From an uncultured Bacteroidales bacterium (GTDB lineage Bacteria > Bacteroidota > Bacteroidia > Bacteroidales > GCA-2748055): a DNA stretch of 64,000 nucleotides. Of this stretch, positions 29,701 to 45,133 are shown one piece after another (position 1 is the first letter of the stretch; every line of letters begins with the position of its first letter). The notes beneath the pieces were generated by a model that saw only the letters and a program-made list of their open reading frames with translations, was not told the DNA's origin and did no database searches. The position numbers and the translations under genes are program-made. The stretch spans positions 9,492-73,491 of the forward strand of contig CAVXNX010000004.1 in assembly GCA_963763215.1 (NCBI GenBank), read 5' to 3'.

Positions 29701-32121
29701 CATGCCGATGACGTCCGGCAACTTCCGGTGATGGTATCGGATGCGGAAAGGGTCACCATCAAGGTCATCATCGAGGATGGTGTAGGTATGAAGGCTGTCC
29801 GCATTCAGCAGGACGCCGGCTGTGGGATTCCTGCAGGACAACTTCAAAATCTCTCATCGGGGATTTCGACAAGGGTATCATTGATGATGAGGGGAATGAT
29901 CTCTGCGGTTTTCTGTCCGGGAATAAAACTGATCACATCGGGATTGAGTGAATAATCCACCCCTCCCCCGGAAGCCGAACCCGATTTCACCGCATAGCTC
30001 ACGTTGAAGGGGTCACTGATGGCATAATTGAGCGAAACAGGAAATACCGGATGCGCAAGCGATTCAGGACCTTCGGAATCAGACGTTTCAAAATGGACGT
30101 AAGGTTTAACGACGATCACGGTAATAAACGAACCGTCGGGTAAATCGATATTATTGGCCAGGTATTCATCTCCCGATTTGATCAGTCCATAGGCAACGGC
30201 TCCTGACGAAAAATCACCGTCCTGGTCGACCAACAGGTTATACGCCAGGTACCCGGCAGGGAGGGCAGGCAGGTTTGAAGCATTGAGACCGAGTGTCACC
30301 GTTCCGGCGCCGTCGCCACCCGACTGGTCGATGCGCCAGACCCGGGCGATCCGTTTGACATTCGGATCGGAACCGGGCGTATTGACGTCGGTCCAGGCGG
30401 ACATGTCATTGCCATCGTGACCGAAAAGCAGGAACTCACCGTCATCGAGATCAGAGGCGCCACCAATGGTGAGCACACCATCCGACTGGGCCTTGGAATG
30501 GATATTCTGGGCATCTACCCGGCCGATACCTGCTACATCATTCGGAAATCCGTCCTGGTAATCATACCGGTCGGCCGACCCGATATCGGCTCCATATTTT
30601 GCTGCCAGGTAATTGTTGATGATGATTTCCTGCGCTTTATTGACGTTTTTATTGAAGATGATCAGTTCAGAAAGGTCACCGTCAAAGAATCCACCTGGAA
30701 CGGACGATGAGCCGATGATAGAGTGAACCGTCGGTCACCAGGGCGCCGCTGAAATCGGCGACTGTTTGCGGAACCGCATTGATGCCCAGATGATGGTACG
30801 CCGCCGTAATGTTATCATTGATTTCGAAGATGCGGTTCACACCGGCCGGAAGTACAGGGCCGTATTTTTTTGTCCCGGTCAGACTGTAATACCGGGTGTC
30901 AGTTTCGCGGCTAAGACTGGTGGAGTTGTTGACATCGGCATTACCTAGTGTCATCACCGTCTCGTCTTTTGCGACATCATTGAAGCGGGCGACAGCAAAG
31001 ATGGTCAGCGGAGCGGAGAGGGTCCCCATTTCAGTGGTGTAATGATCGCTGGTTCCGTTGAAAGCCAGGGAGGATGCCGGGGAAGTGCCGAGAATGGCCT
31101 GCGAACCGGCAGCAGTCTGGACGACATCCATTTCATTCCCGCTCTGATCCTTCCATACTTTGACGGCATCTCCTTCTTGTGCGGGAGTGTCATCAGCCCT
31201 GACAGTTCCCCGGTCGGCCCGGAGCCACAGTTCGTTGGTCAGACTGTCGCCCACGCCGCCGGGACCGGTAAAGCCGGTGATCGGGGCCAGGGGGTCGGTT
31301 GCACAGATGCCAAAAGTTCCGCTCTTGGCCTGGTCACCGAAAAGACGAATGTAGACGATGTCGCCGGGAGTTCCGGAGATGGTTTTTACCGGCATGGCCC
31401 CGTTGTAAACACAGGATAAAAGGTTGAGCGAGGTACAGGTTCCCGAATAAAGGACCATCACAGCATTTTTAAGCGATCCTTCAAAGGTTTCGATTTTTAA
31501 CTCACCGGAAGCAGGAATGGCCGCTTTGAACCAGACGTCGCCACCGAAAAACTGGTGACACGGCGGACTTCCCAGTCCGCGGGTATCCCATGAACCTTTA
31601 TTGCTGTAATATGACGGGCTGCAGACATTTCCTACCGAAAGTTCGACCGCAGAGCACTGGTCATTGTTTACCGGGGGCGGATTTGCACTAATGACCCCTT
31701 CCCATCCTGAATCACGGGCTGAAAGGTTGTCCGAATGAAACCCGAAGGTGATGCAACCATCGGGCGAGGTAAAACTGAACTGCGGGGTATCGAAATTATA
31801 AGCCACATAACCGCTTCCTGCACCCGCATAGTTGATGGACATATAATCGTAACTGTGGTAATCCCCGCCACCGAAAATGGTGCGGAAATGATCAAAATCA
31901 ACGGTAATCGGGTTACCGTTCTCTGAACAGAATCTGACATTCCAGTTCTGCCCGGCCTGGTAGAGGTCGCTTCCCCCGTCGTCGTAAAACGTACCGGAGT
32001 TGGTATAGACCGTCTGTCCCGAAGTGAAGCCGTGGTTCAGCCAGTAGTCATCCGCACCGGACTGGGCAGATATGAAAAGCCAGAAATGCAGAAGTAAAAA
32101 AAGTGTAGAAATTTTTTTCAT
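26793..32121 (-). CDS. Large T9SS type-B-CTD surface protein of about 1770 aa (CUB-like, LamG-like, Calx-beta-like, about 9 Ig-like repeats, SprB repeats), split by several frameshifts
   Basis: Consecutive minus-strand ORFs from the signal peptide (32121) through GPGGVG..LWLRAD, KPVIT..CEGD..YLWSTG repeats and VSCPGGSNG/GGTPPYAYSW SprB repeats to ITPNGDGLNDTW..IYDRWG..WDG; directly upstream of PorP/SprF. Confidence 0.85.
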
Positions 32122-32553
32122 GTATGCAGGCGTGTATCAGATAATATCCCCATCCTCGTTCTTCAAATTGCTAATATCAGCATAATTATACGAGGTCCGG
32201 ATCAAAAGGATGGTCGTCTTCAGGTGTTTTCCATCAATAAAGACTTTATGTATTTGAATGTCCTTTTTCCTTCGATAAGCATCTGAACTAATTGGATTCT
32301 TCCCCGGTTTCCTTTATGAAAGCTCCTTATAGCATCCCACTGAACCGTCTTACGTATCTCCATAGATTATTGTTACAAAGCGCATTAAGTATTACACTTC
32401 CATCCCGGTTCAGCTGACCGGAACTTTGACGGGCCAAATGAGCCGGTGTCTTCCTTTTTACCGTGAAAAGCCATCGTTATGGAAAAATAGGAGCCACACG
32501 GCCATGCTCTTTTGCGCGAATGTCTTATTTTTACAAGCAGAAAGCCAGCCGAC

Positions 32554-33974
32554 ATGAAAATACGTCACACCCTGGTCGTCTTCCTGATGTTGATGATCCC
32601 TCTCCGGATTTTCGGGCAGGGGGAGCCGACTGTACAATGACACATCTTATTTCATCCCCGGGGAAAACGGTCTGAACCTGATCATGTCGGCAAACCGCGG
32701 GGATTCTGACAATGTACGCGCCCTGCTGCAACGGGGCACGAATGTCAATGCGGCAACACCCGACGGAGTCACGGCACTGATGTATGCCGCCGATACCGGG
32801 AACCTCGATATGGCATCCCTCCTGCTGAAAAACGGCGCCGATCCCAACATCAAACCGGCAAATGGTCTGACAGCCCTGATGAGCGCTGTGATCCGCGGAT
32901 ATTTTGATATGGCGGAATATCTATTGAAACATCAGGCCAACCCGAACCTCCGGGATGTGGATGGCATCACGGCCCTCAACGATGCTGCAGCCTACAACGA
33001 ATATAAGATCGTCGACATGCTGCTCTATTTTGGTGCTGACCCGGAAATTGCCGATAAAAAAGGCAATACACCCCTGATGACCGCAAGCTACAACGCCTGT
33101 TTCGAATCGGTGAAAATCCTGGTACAAAACGGGGCCAACATTAATAGCACCGATCACAACGGCTTCACTCCGCTGATGGTTTCTATCCAGAGGGGGAATA
33201 CGGAAATCGCCTGGTATCTCCTCGATCAGGGAGCCGATATTCACGCGGTCAACAAAGCCGGCATGACAGCCCTGGCGTTCGCCGTGCAGGAAGGCAATGA
33301 CGACCTCACCCGCGAACTGATCGAAAAAGGGGCGGATGTCAATCATCAGATCCGGGGAAGCCGGAATATCCTGGAGACGGCGAGGGAAAACAAAGACAGT
33401 GCGATTGTGAAACTCCTCGTTTCGGAAGGGGCCAAACCGAACCATTACCCCGACTTCACCCATTATCCTGGCCGATGTCACAATGAGTTTCAACATGGAT
33501 GATTTCACGACCGGGATGAATTTCGGGATCTATGATTCGCGTTACCATTTTACAGCAAAAGGGGGATTTTCCTTCCGCCCGGTGGCTGTGCGGGTACTGG
33601 TGGAACAGGAAAGCCAGCTCTTCCGACAGTATTGGGAACGGAGGTATTTCTTCAGCCTGTGCCTCGAAAAGGATTTTCGCCTCATCGAAATGCGAAGGGG
33701 TTTTTTCACCGGCCCTTCAGCAGGTCTGACCGCTTATTATTCGTTCGGCGCATACCGGGGAAGCAATTCGCACCCCGATCCCGTCTTCATTCCCGCGCCC
33801 TTTGCAGGCTGGTTCTGGTCAAATCCCTGGTGGCGCATCAGTCTGGACTACCGTTACCAGAACCTCCATACCGAATACATCGATCCGGGACGCATCAGCC
33901 TCACCTTCGGCATGCTGATCCCGATGCAGAAACCGGCCATTCTGCAGAAAAGCATTGACTGGCTGAACAATTAA
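32554..33974 (+). CDS. Exported ankyrin-repeat protein with a C-terminal beta-rich domain, frameshifts near 32620 and 33470
   Basis: Signal peptide MKIRHTLVVFLMLMIPLRIFGQ; about 7 GxTALMxA..G..GADxN repeats; aromatic alternating C-terminal strands. Confidence 0.75.
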
Positions 33975-33986
33975 CACCTGAAATTC

Positions 33987-34412
33987 ATGAGAAAATCCGC
34001 TATACCGGTCCTCATCATCTTCGTATCGCTCATCATTGCCCTGTCGTGTGAGAAAAGCCGCAGCTTCAGTGTGAATTGCAATGAATGTTATACGGTCAGA
34101 CCCGATAGCGCCGACCTGATCATCTACGTTACCATCAACAGCGAAAATCCCTGGGTGCCACTCAAGCTCTACAGGGGCGATGTGGAGGAAAACCAGGTGG
34201 ATTGGATCGATACCGTCTATTCCAAAGAATACAAGCTCTTTTCAGCCGTCAGCCAGGACTATTCCGTCTCGGTGACCTACCACGACGGCACACGGAAAAT
34301 CATCGCTGTGGATGGCGGCAAGATGGTGACCAGCCTGGTCACCGATGTCTGCGATGCGGATTGCTGGATCATCAAGGGCGGCATTCTGGATGTCAGGCTG
34401 AAAGACCGGTAA
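33987..34412 (+). CDS. Hypothetical lipoprotein
   Basis: Lipobox ALSC; Cys pairs CNEC and CDADC. Confidence 0.7.
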   Translation: MRKSAIPVLIIFVSLIIALSCEKSRSFSVNCNECYTVRPDSADLIIYVTINSENPWVPLKLYRGDVEENQVDWIDTVYSKEYKLFSAVSQDYSVSVTYHDGTRKIIAVDGGKMVTSLVTDVCDADCWIIKGGILDVRLKDR

Positions 34413-34463
34413 GTCCCTCCCCTGCCCTTTCATACCCCTGCCCGCGTTACCTGACCTCCGGCA

Positions 34464-35846
34464 TCATGCCGACTTATTCGGAAGTTCGAGGCCGTAACCC
34501 GATACTTTATCTTCCTTCTTCAACAGAAGGGCAAACACGGTACCCAGCACACCCAGGGCCGCCAGCATCAAAATGGAATAGGTATAATCATAGTGTGCCG
34601 TCCCGGCATCGATCGCCTCCGTGCTGATTCCCGGATTGGTTTTGTCGAGCACATAGCCGATCAGCAGCGGGAATGCCCATAAACCAAGGTTCTGAACAGA
34701 GAACATCAGTCCGTATGCGGTGCCCAGCCGGTTTTCGGGAACGATCCTGGCAACGGAAGGCCACATGGCTGCAGGGATAAGCGAAAAAGACACACCGAGT
34801 AAGAACAGGGGGACATAGGGCGTGATCCGGGTCAGACCGAAAATGAGATGGACAATCACCAGCATGATCGATCCCCAGATCATCAGCGAGGCACTCTTTC
34901 CCCTGAAGTCGGCAAAGGCGCCGAACAGCGGCGTGAAAAGGATCGTTCCCAGGGGGATGAATGAAGTGATCTTCCCGGCGGCATCCGGATCCAGTCCGAA
35001 TTTATTCGACATCAGGTCGGGGGCAAATTTAATGAAGGGAAAGACCGCACTGTAAAAGGTGACACACAGCAGGGTGATATAAAGGAATGACTTGTTGGTG
35101 ATCAGTCTGCTCAGGTCAGTGAGTTTGAATTTTTCGGTCTCATCAAGTTCCAGCTCATAATGGATCTGACGATCGAGTTTAATATCGTAGATCATATAAA
35201 TCAGGAACGACACCAGTGCGATCAGAAGCAGCATGGTGCCGAACCAGATGGCATTGTACCATTTGCCCGATGTTTCCGCGATATGATAGGAATACCGCAG
35301 TGCAACGGCCGTGCCGAGCCGTCCGAAAGAAAGGTTCAGGCCGAGGGCCAGGGCCAGCTCCCTTCCTTTAAACCATTTGACAATGGTCTTGGAGAACACC
35401 ACCGTTCCTGTTTCCGCACCCAGCCCGAACAACAGGAACCCCAGCGACATCATCTTCAGCGATGGCGATTTGGACAGCCAGAAGGAATTCATCAGGTGAT
35501 AGCCCGGGCCGCCGGCAAGGAAATAGTCGCTTGCTCCATAAGCGGTAAGCGCTGATCCGGCAACCATGAACACCATGAATGAGAAACCCGTGATCCGGAT
35601 TCCGAGCTTATCGAGAATGACCCCACCAATGACAGCCATCAGGAAAAACACATTGGGAATGGAATACGCGGCGTTGAAAAAACCATAATCGAAATTTTTC
35701 CAGCCGAGATGATCCTGCATTGTGCTTTTCAGCGGAGTTAATGCATCGTAGAAATAGTAATTCGCGAACATGGCGATACTGATGAGTATCATCACTGTCC
35801 AGCGGGCGGCTTTCGATTCGTTCAAAGCTCTCTTGATCGCATTCAT
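34464..35846 (-). CDS. MFS transporter (MFSD1-like)
   Basis: MFANYYFYD, GGVILDKLG, FGLGAE, KWFKGRELALALG, MWPSV..LGTAYG; TATTTTTG box at 35872-35879 on the minus strand. Confidence 0.85.
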   Translation of the reverse strand: MNAIKRALNESKAARWTVMILISIAMFANYYFYDALTPLKSTMQDHLGWKNFDYGFFNAAYSIPNVFFLMAVIGGVILDKLGIRITGFSFMVFMVAGSALTAYGASDYFLAGGPGYHLMNSFWLSKSPSLKMMSLGFLLFGLGAETGTVVFSKTIVKWFKGRELALALGLNLSFGRLGTAVALRYSYHIAETSGKWYNAIWFGTMLLLIALVSFLIYMIYDIKLDRQIHYELELDETEKFKLTDLSRLITNKSFLYITLLCVTFYSAVFPFIKFAPDLMSNKFGLDPDAAGKITSFIPLGTILFTPLFGAFADFRGKSASLMIWGSIMLVIVHLIFGLTRITPYVPLFLLGVSFSLIPAAMWPSVARIVPENRLGTAYGLMFSVQNLGLWAFPLLIGYVLDKTNPGISTEAIDAGTAHYDYTYSILMLAALGVLGTVFALLLKKEDKVSGYGLELPNKSA

Positions 35847-36214
35847 GTGTTCAGGTTTGTCGTGAAAATCCCAAAAATAGAAAAAAGTATTGGTTTTGCA
35901 TTTAATCCGTTTCTCAAACATGTTGCCGGTATACCGGACCACGAAAAACAAGGATACTTTCCTCTGATCATCTGCACATCCCAACGGAAAAGAATGAATA
36001 TTCCCCATGCAGGGTTGATGAAATCCAAAAAAAATGCTAACATTTGCCGGACCACTAAACCCTTAATTTACTGGATGAAATGCTTCGACCGGCATCCCCG
36101 GGGAACGGCTTCACCTCTGAAATGTTTGAACTGTCAAGGTTTTCCGGGGAATAAGGCGGTCTTCCATCGCTGTGTGACGGCAGACATTTCAACCTTGAAA
36201 CGAAGCGCTAACCC

Positions 36215-38119
36215 ATGAAAACCATCAATGAATTTTTTGAACACTATGCCGGAAAGTACACCGGCAACGCCATGATGTTTGAAAAAACCGGCGGGGCATA
36301 CCAACCTTCCACCTATGCGGAGATCCGCGAAGACGTGCACCGATTTGCTGCCGGACTGATATCCCTGGGATTGAAAAAAGGCGACCGGGTTTCGCTGATC
36401 GCCGAAGGCAGAAACGCCTGGGTCATCAGTGAACTGGGTATCCTGTATGCCGGGGCGGTCAACGTCCCATTGTCTGTCAAACTCCAGGACAGCACCGACC
36501 TGAAATTCAGGATCAACCATTCCGGGTCGAAGTTTGTGATCATCTCCGGTTCACAATCACGGAAACTCAAAGGCATCAGGCAGGAATTACCTACGGTGGA
36601 AAAATTCATTTATCTTGATCCCATGCCCGGATTTAAGGACAACGAGATCTATTTCGGGAATGTACTGGAACTGGGAAAATCGTACCTGGTGGAACACCAG
36701 GAGGAATTTGAGAATACCTGGCATTCGGTTCTTCCCGATGATATGGCCAATATCTGCTACACTTCCGGAACGACGGCCGATCCCAAGGGCATCATGCTGA
36801 GCCACCGGAATTACACGGCCAATGTTGAACAGGCACTGACCCTGATGGAGATCCCGGAATACTACTGCACGCTCCTCATCCTTCCCTGGGATCATTCGTT
36901 TGCCCATACGGCAGGAATTTATGCCGTCATCGCATCGGGTGCGAGCATGGCTTCCGTGCAGCCGGGTTCTTCCCCGATGGAAACCCTGAAGAACATCCCG
37001 GTCAATATCCGTGAAATCAAACCGCATTTTCTGCTCAGTGTACCGTCACTGGCCAAAAATTTCCGGAAGAACATCGAGAAAGGCATCCGTGAAAAGGGTC
37101 CTTTCCTGACAAAATTATTCAACCATGCCCTGAAAACAGCCTATCTCTATAACGGGATGGGATGGGACCGGGGCAAAGGATGGCGGATTCTCCTGGCGCC
37201 TTACGTCAGGCTCATGGATGCCATTTTGTTTAAGAAGGTGCGGGAAGCCTTCGGCGGAAACCTTGATTTTTTCGTCGGCGGGGGCGCCCTCCTGGATATC
37301 GAGCTGCAACGTTTTTTCTCTGCCATCGGCATCCCGATGTACCAGGGGTACGGACTGTCTGAAGCCGCTCCGGTCATCAGCTCCAATGCCGCGCATAAAC
37401 ACAAGATGGGGTCATCCGGTTTCCTCGTCGATCATCTCGAGGTGAAAATCCTCGATGAAGACGGGAATGCCCTGCCCCCCGGCGAGAAGGGAGAGATCGT
37501 GGTGAAGGGTGAAAACGTGATGCTGGGTTACTGGCGCAATGAACAGGCTTCAAGGGAAGTCCTGAAGAACGGATGGCTGTACACCGGCGATATGGGATAC
37601 CTCGACAAGGACAATTTCCTATACGTGATGGGGCGGTTCAAAAGTCTGCTGATCTCTGATGACGGTGAAAAATACAGTCCCGAAGGCATCGAGGAAGCCT
37701 TCACGGAACAATCCAAGGTCATCGACCAGGTCATGCTTTACAATAGTCAGAAACCCTACACGGTTGCCCTTCTTCACCCAAACAGGGAAGCCATACGGCG
37801 GATCCTGAAAGACGACCATATCGATCCCGCCTCCGGCGAAGGCGTGGATGCCGCGTTAAAGCTCATCGAGACCGAGCTGCTCGAGTACCGTTTAAAGGGC
37901 AGATACGAGGATATGTTCCCCCAGCGCTGGTTGCCTGCGGCCATAGGGATCCTGGATGAAGGGTTTACCGAGGAAAACCGGATGATGAATTCCACGATGA
38001 AAATCGTCAGGGGCGTGATCACGGAGGCTTACCAGGAACGGATCGACTATCTTTATACGCCGGAAGCCAAAAATATTCTGAATAACCTCAACATTGAGGC
38101 CATGAAGCGACTGCTCTAA
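36215..38119 (+). CDS. Long-chain acyl-CoA synthetase (AMP-binding)
   Basis: [36 protein letters not shown]. Confidence 0.92.
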   Translation: MKTINEFFEHYAGKYTGNAMMFEKTGGAYQPSTYAEIREDVHRFAAGLISLGLKKGDRVSLIAEGRNAWVISELGILYAGAVNVPLSVKLQDSTDLKFRINHSGSKFVIISGSQSRKLKGIRQELPTVEKFIYLDPMPGFKDNEIYFGNVLELGKSYLVEHQEEFENTWHSVLPDDMANICYTSGTTADPKGIMLSHRNYTANVEQALTLMEIPEYYCTLLILPWDHSFAHTAGIYAVIASGASMASVQPGSSPMETLKNIPVNIREIKPHFLLSVPSLAKNFRKNIEKGIREKGPFLTKLFNHALKTAYLYNGMGWDRGKGWRILLAPYVRLMDAILFKKVREAFGGNLDFFVGGGALLDIELQRFFSAIGIPMYQGYGLSEAAPVISSNAAHKHKMGSSGFLVDHLEVKILDEDGNALPPGEKGEIVVKGENVMLGYWRNEQASREVLKNGWLYTGDMGYLDKDNFLYVMGRFKSLLISDDGEKYSPEGIEEAFTEQSKVIDQVMLYNSQKPYTVALLHPNREAIRRILKDDHIDPASGEGVDAALKLIETELLEYRLKGRYEDMFPQRWLPAAIGILDEGFTEENRMMNSTMKIVRGVITEAYQERIDYLYTPEAKNILNNLNIEAMKRLL

Positions 38120-38186
38120 GTTTCCTTCAGCCGTTCTCCCATCGAGAAATGGCAAACCGGCGATTGGAATACTCCCCATTTAGTGC

Positions 38187-38194
38187 TAATTTTG
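38187..38194 (+). promoter_or_regulatory. -7 box (TAATTTTG) for metH-metF
   Basis: Exact TAnnTTTG upstream of metH. Confidence 0.55.
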
Positions 38195-38259
38195 GAGATT
38201 CACGGGAAACGGGATCTCATTGGCACCGTTATCCCATAGATAAACGCGATGATCATCAC

Positions 38260-41962
<3,703 letters not shown>

Positions 41963-41975
41963 CTGTTAACCTAAG

Positions 41976-42929
41976 ATGAAAGTTGCTGATAAACTGAGAA
42001 ACACCGGAAAAACCCTTTTCTCCTTCGAACTCCTGCCTCCCCTGAAGGGACGGAAACTGGACGACATTTACAACGCCATTGACCCGCTGATCGAATTCGA
42101 CCCCCTGAATATCAACGTGACCTATCACCAGCAGGAATCGGTGTACCGCCTTAAGAACAACGGGCTGATGGAACGCAGGGTTATCCGGAAGAGGCCCGGC
42201 ACCGTCGCCATTGCAGCGGCCATTGCCTACAAATACAATGTGACCGTCGTTCCGCACCTCATCTGCGGCGGATTTACAAAAGAGGAAACCGAGGATGTGC
42301 TGATCGACCTGCATTTTCTCGGCATGCATAATCTTCTCGTTCTCAGGGGCGACCCACAAAAAGGACAGCGGGCATTCATCCCCGAGCACGGCGGTCATGA
42401 GCACACCGTGGATCTCATCCGGCAGATCACCAATATGAACAAGGGCATTTACCTCGACGAACAGATCCAGAATGCCGAGCATACCGACTTCTCCGTCGGT
42501 GTGGCCGGATACCCGGAAAAACATTATGAAGCGCCCAACCACGAAACCGATCTCCAGTTCCTGAAGGAAAAGATCGATGCCGGCGGAGAATACGTCGTGA
42601 CCCAAATGTTCTTCAACAATGCCAGGTTTTTCGAGTTCAGGGATCGATGCCGGGCTGCCGGAATCACCGTTCCCATTGTACCGGGCATCAAACCCATTAC
42701 ATCGGTGAAAGACGTGGATGTGCTTCCCAGCGTCTTCCATATCGATATTCCCAACGAGCTGGTGAAAGAGGTCAGGAAATGCAAAACCAATGCGGAAGCC
42801 AAGGAGGTGGGGGTTGAATGGACGACCCAACAGTCTCTCGAGCTTAAAGCTTCAGGGGCTCCGGCCATCCATTATTACACCATCGGCATTTCCGATAACA
42901 TCCGGAAAATTGCCCAAAGGGTTTTCTGA
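41976..42929 (+). CDS. metF: 5,10-methylenetetrahydrofolate reductase
   Basis: FSFELLPP, VPHLICGG, LRGDP, VAGYPEKH, VTQMFF, PIVPGIKP. Confidence 0.95.
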   Translation: MKVADKLRNTGKTLFSFELLPPLKGRKLDDIYNAIDPLIEFDPLNINVTYHQQESVYRLKNNGLMERRVIRKRPGTVAIAAAIAYKYNVTVVPHLICGGFTKEETEDVLIDLHFLGMHNLLVLRGDPQKGQRAFIPEHGGHEHTVDLIRQITNMNKGIYLDEQIQNAEHTDFSVGVAGYPEKHYEAPNHETDLQFLKEKIDAGGEYVVTQMFFNNARFFEFRDRCRAAGITVPIVPGIKPITSVKDVDVLPSVFHIDIPNELVKEVRKCKTNAEAKEVGVEWTTQQSLELKASGAPAIHYYTIGISDNIRKIAQRVF

Positions 42930-42932
42930 GGC

Positions 42933-43493
42933 TTACCTGTCGGGAACCGGAGGGAAATCGATCTGAAGACTGATACTGTCCATCCATGCATTGATTTTCC
43001 CGGCTTCCGGGGACACATTGCGCGACATCCAGTCGCCCCGGCTTTCCAAAAGGATGAATTTATACTCCCTGTCCTGTGGAAAATAGATCAGCCCATAGTT
43101 GCTGACCTGTCCCATATCGTTCCCCTGGCTTTGTTTATCCGTGAGAGTGCCGTGCGAAGCGGCCGAAATGTAAGAGAAATAGTGGAGCAGATCATCGCCC
43201 GGAATGGTCAGGTACGTGGTATCGGTGAGGGAGAGATCGTCAAGGAGATCACTTTCCGGTATCAGCCCACCGTCGTGAATGGGCTTCCAGTCCATCTCCG
43301 GGCCATACAAGGAAAAACCCCTGACCCTTCCGTCATGATCGATGAACCATCCCTTCAACTGGTGGCCCCAGGCGTAGTTTTCATAGATCCGGGCAAAGAG
43401 GACATCCTGGTTGATAACCGGATCCTGCGTTTCCCGGGAACACTGAAATGCCATCAACACAAATGCAAAAATAAGTAAACCGGTTTTTTTCAT
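42933..43493 (-). CDS. Hypothetical lipoprotein
   Basis: MKKTGLLIFAFVLMAFQC lipoprotein-type signal; YENYAWG motif. Confidence 0.65.
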   Translation of the reverse strand: MKKTGLLIFAFVLMAFQCSRETQDPVINQDVLFARIYENYAWGHQLKGWFIDHDGRVRGFSLYGPEMDWKPIHDGGLIPESDLLDDLSLTDTTYLTIPGDDLLHYFSYISAASHGTLTDKQSQGNDMGQVSNYGLIYFPQDREYKFILLESRGDWMSRNVSPEAGKINAWMDSISLQIDFPPVPDR

Positions 43494-43548
43494 CTTAAAT
43501 CGCTTTATGAAGAGATGTTATGACCCGGTAAAAAGTTGCTTCCGGTGA

Positions 43549-43594
43549 TAAAAAAAAGGGCCGACTGCCATAAAGCAGATCAGCCCCCCTTTTC
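43549..43594 (-). terminator. Intrinsic terminator of the OPT-PqqD-pepD unit
   Basis: Minus-strand GGG-CTGATCTGC-TTTATG-GCAGTCGG-CCC hairpin followed by a long T-run. Confidence 0.6.
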
Positions 43595-43613
43595 GTTCAT
43601 CCCTGATCCGGTA

Positions 43614-45074
43614 CTATTTTTTTTCCGGTATATTCGCCAGGGTTTCCACCAGGTAGTCCCAGAATTTCCCGACCGATTCGATGTTTACTTTTTCGTCGGG
43701 GGAATGGGGGAACCGGATGGTGGGCCCGAAGGAAATCAGGTCCATCCCCGGGTAAACATCTCCGATGATGCCACATTCCAGGCCGGCGTGAATGACTTTA
43801 ATCTCGGGATCGTTGCCGTATTTTTTCTTATACACGTTCCGCATGGTGTTCAGAATGGGTGATTTCATATCCGGCTTCCAGCCCGGGTAGATGCCGTCGT
43901 GGACGACCTGTGCACCGGCGAGGGCCATAACCGATTCGGTCATATTCCCGAGATCAAATTTGGCGGTATCGACGGAACTGCGCAGCAGGCAGAGGACGCT
44001 GACCTTGCCGTTTTCCGATTTAACGATCGCCAGGTTGGTGGACGTTTCCACGATCCCGGGCGTCTCCGTGCTCATCCGGATGGCACCGTTGGGAATACCA
44101 TAGACCATCTTGATCAGCCGGTCCGTGGAATCCTGGTCCATCACGGTTGAAGGCGGATCGGCCGGGCTGGCCTTGAAACTCAGGTGGGGCTCTGTCCCGG
44201 AGAGTTCATGAATGAATATCCCTTCGTATTCTTCCACCGCTTTCAGGAAGCCATCGGCTTTGTCGCCGGGTACGGCCACCACGGCGAAAGCTTCACGGGG
44301 AATGGCATTACGCAGGCTGCCTCCGTCGATGGATGACAGACGCATGCCGAATTCTTTGGCGCCGTGCCAGAGAAAGCGGAACATCAGTTTATTGGCATTT
44401 GCCCGTCCGAGATCAATGTCGAGACCCGAATGGCCGCCTTTCAGACCGGTAACCGACAGCCGGAAAGCTTTCATCCCGGAAGGCACTTTTTCTTCGTTGT
44501 ATTTCAGTGTGGCGGAGGTGTTCATCCCACCGGCACAACCAATGTAAAGCTGACCTTCATCTTCCGAATCGAGGTTCAGGAGGATGTCGCCTTTGAGAAG
44601 TCCGGGCTTCAGGGCGAAGGCTCCGGTCATTCCGGTTTCTTCGTCGATGGTGAGCAGGACTTCCAATGGACCGTGTTTCACCGACTTCTCTTCAAGCACG
44701 GCGAGAGCTGCAGCCACGCCGATGCCGTTATCCGCGCCAAGGGTGGTTCCTTCAGCAGTAACCCATTCCCCTTCAACAAAAGCCTGGATCGGGTCTTTTT
44801 CAAAATCGTGGGTTTTGTCGCTGTTTTTCTGCGGCACCATATCGAGATGAGACTGCAGCACGACGCCCATTTTATGTTCCATACCGGGTGTGGCCGGTTT
44901 GCGGATGATGACATTGCCGACTTCATCGACAGTCGTCTCAAGTCCAAGGTCTTCACCAAATTTCCGGGCAAAGGCGGTCGCCTGTGCTTCCTTTTTGGAA
45001 GGACGGGGAATCCGGGTTAACTGGTAGAAATTTTCCCAGAGGGAATGCGGGTACAACGATTTAATGGCAATCAT
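43614..45074 (-). CDS. pepD: Aminoacyl-histidine (cytosol non-specific) dipeptidase, M20C
   Basis: LQSHLDMV, TTLGADNGIG, DEETGM, NLDSE, GGHSG, HAGLECG, PHSPDE. Confidence 0.95.
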   Translation of the reverse strand: MIAIKSLYPHSLWENFYQLTRIPRPSKKEAQATAFARKFGEDLGLETTVDEVGNVIIRKPATPGMEHKMGVVLQSHLDMVPQKNSDKTHDFEKDPIQAFVEGEWVTAEGTTLGADNGIGVAAALAVLEEKSVKHGPLEVLLTIDEETGMTGAFALKPGLLKGDILLNLDSEDEGQLYIGCAGGMNTSATLKYNEEKVPSGMKAFRLSVTGLKGGHSGLDIDLGRANANKLMFRFLWHGAKEFGMRLSSIDGGSLRNAIPREAFAVVAVPGDKADGFLKAVEEYEGIFIHELSGTEPHLSFKASPADPPSTVMDQDSTDRLIKMVYGIPNGAIRMSTETPGIVETSTNLAIVKSENGKVSVLCLLRSSVDTAKFDLGNMTESVMALAGAQVVHDGIYPGWKPDMKSPILNTMRNVYKKKYGNDPEIKVIHAGLECGIIGDVYPGMDLISFGPTIRFPHSPDEKVNIESVGKFWDYLVETLANIPEKK

Positions 45075-45133
45075 TTTATCTGTTTTATGTGATGAGTATA
45101 TGATTAGTCCTGCACCTGGTCATGGTCCCGTTT

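Noticed and set aside
32220-32363. 47-aa minus-strand ORF (MEIRKTVQWDAIRSF...) as the missing PCAT substrate
   Set aside because: No double-glycine leader or recognisable core peptide; probably spurious.
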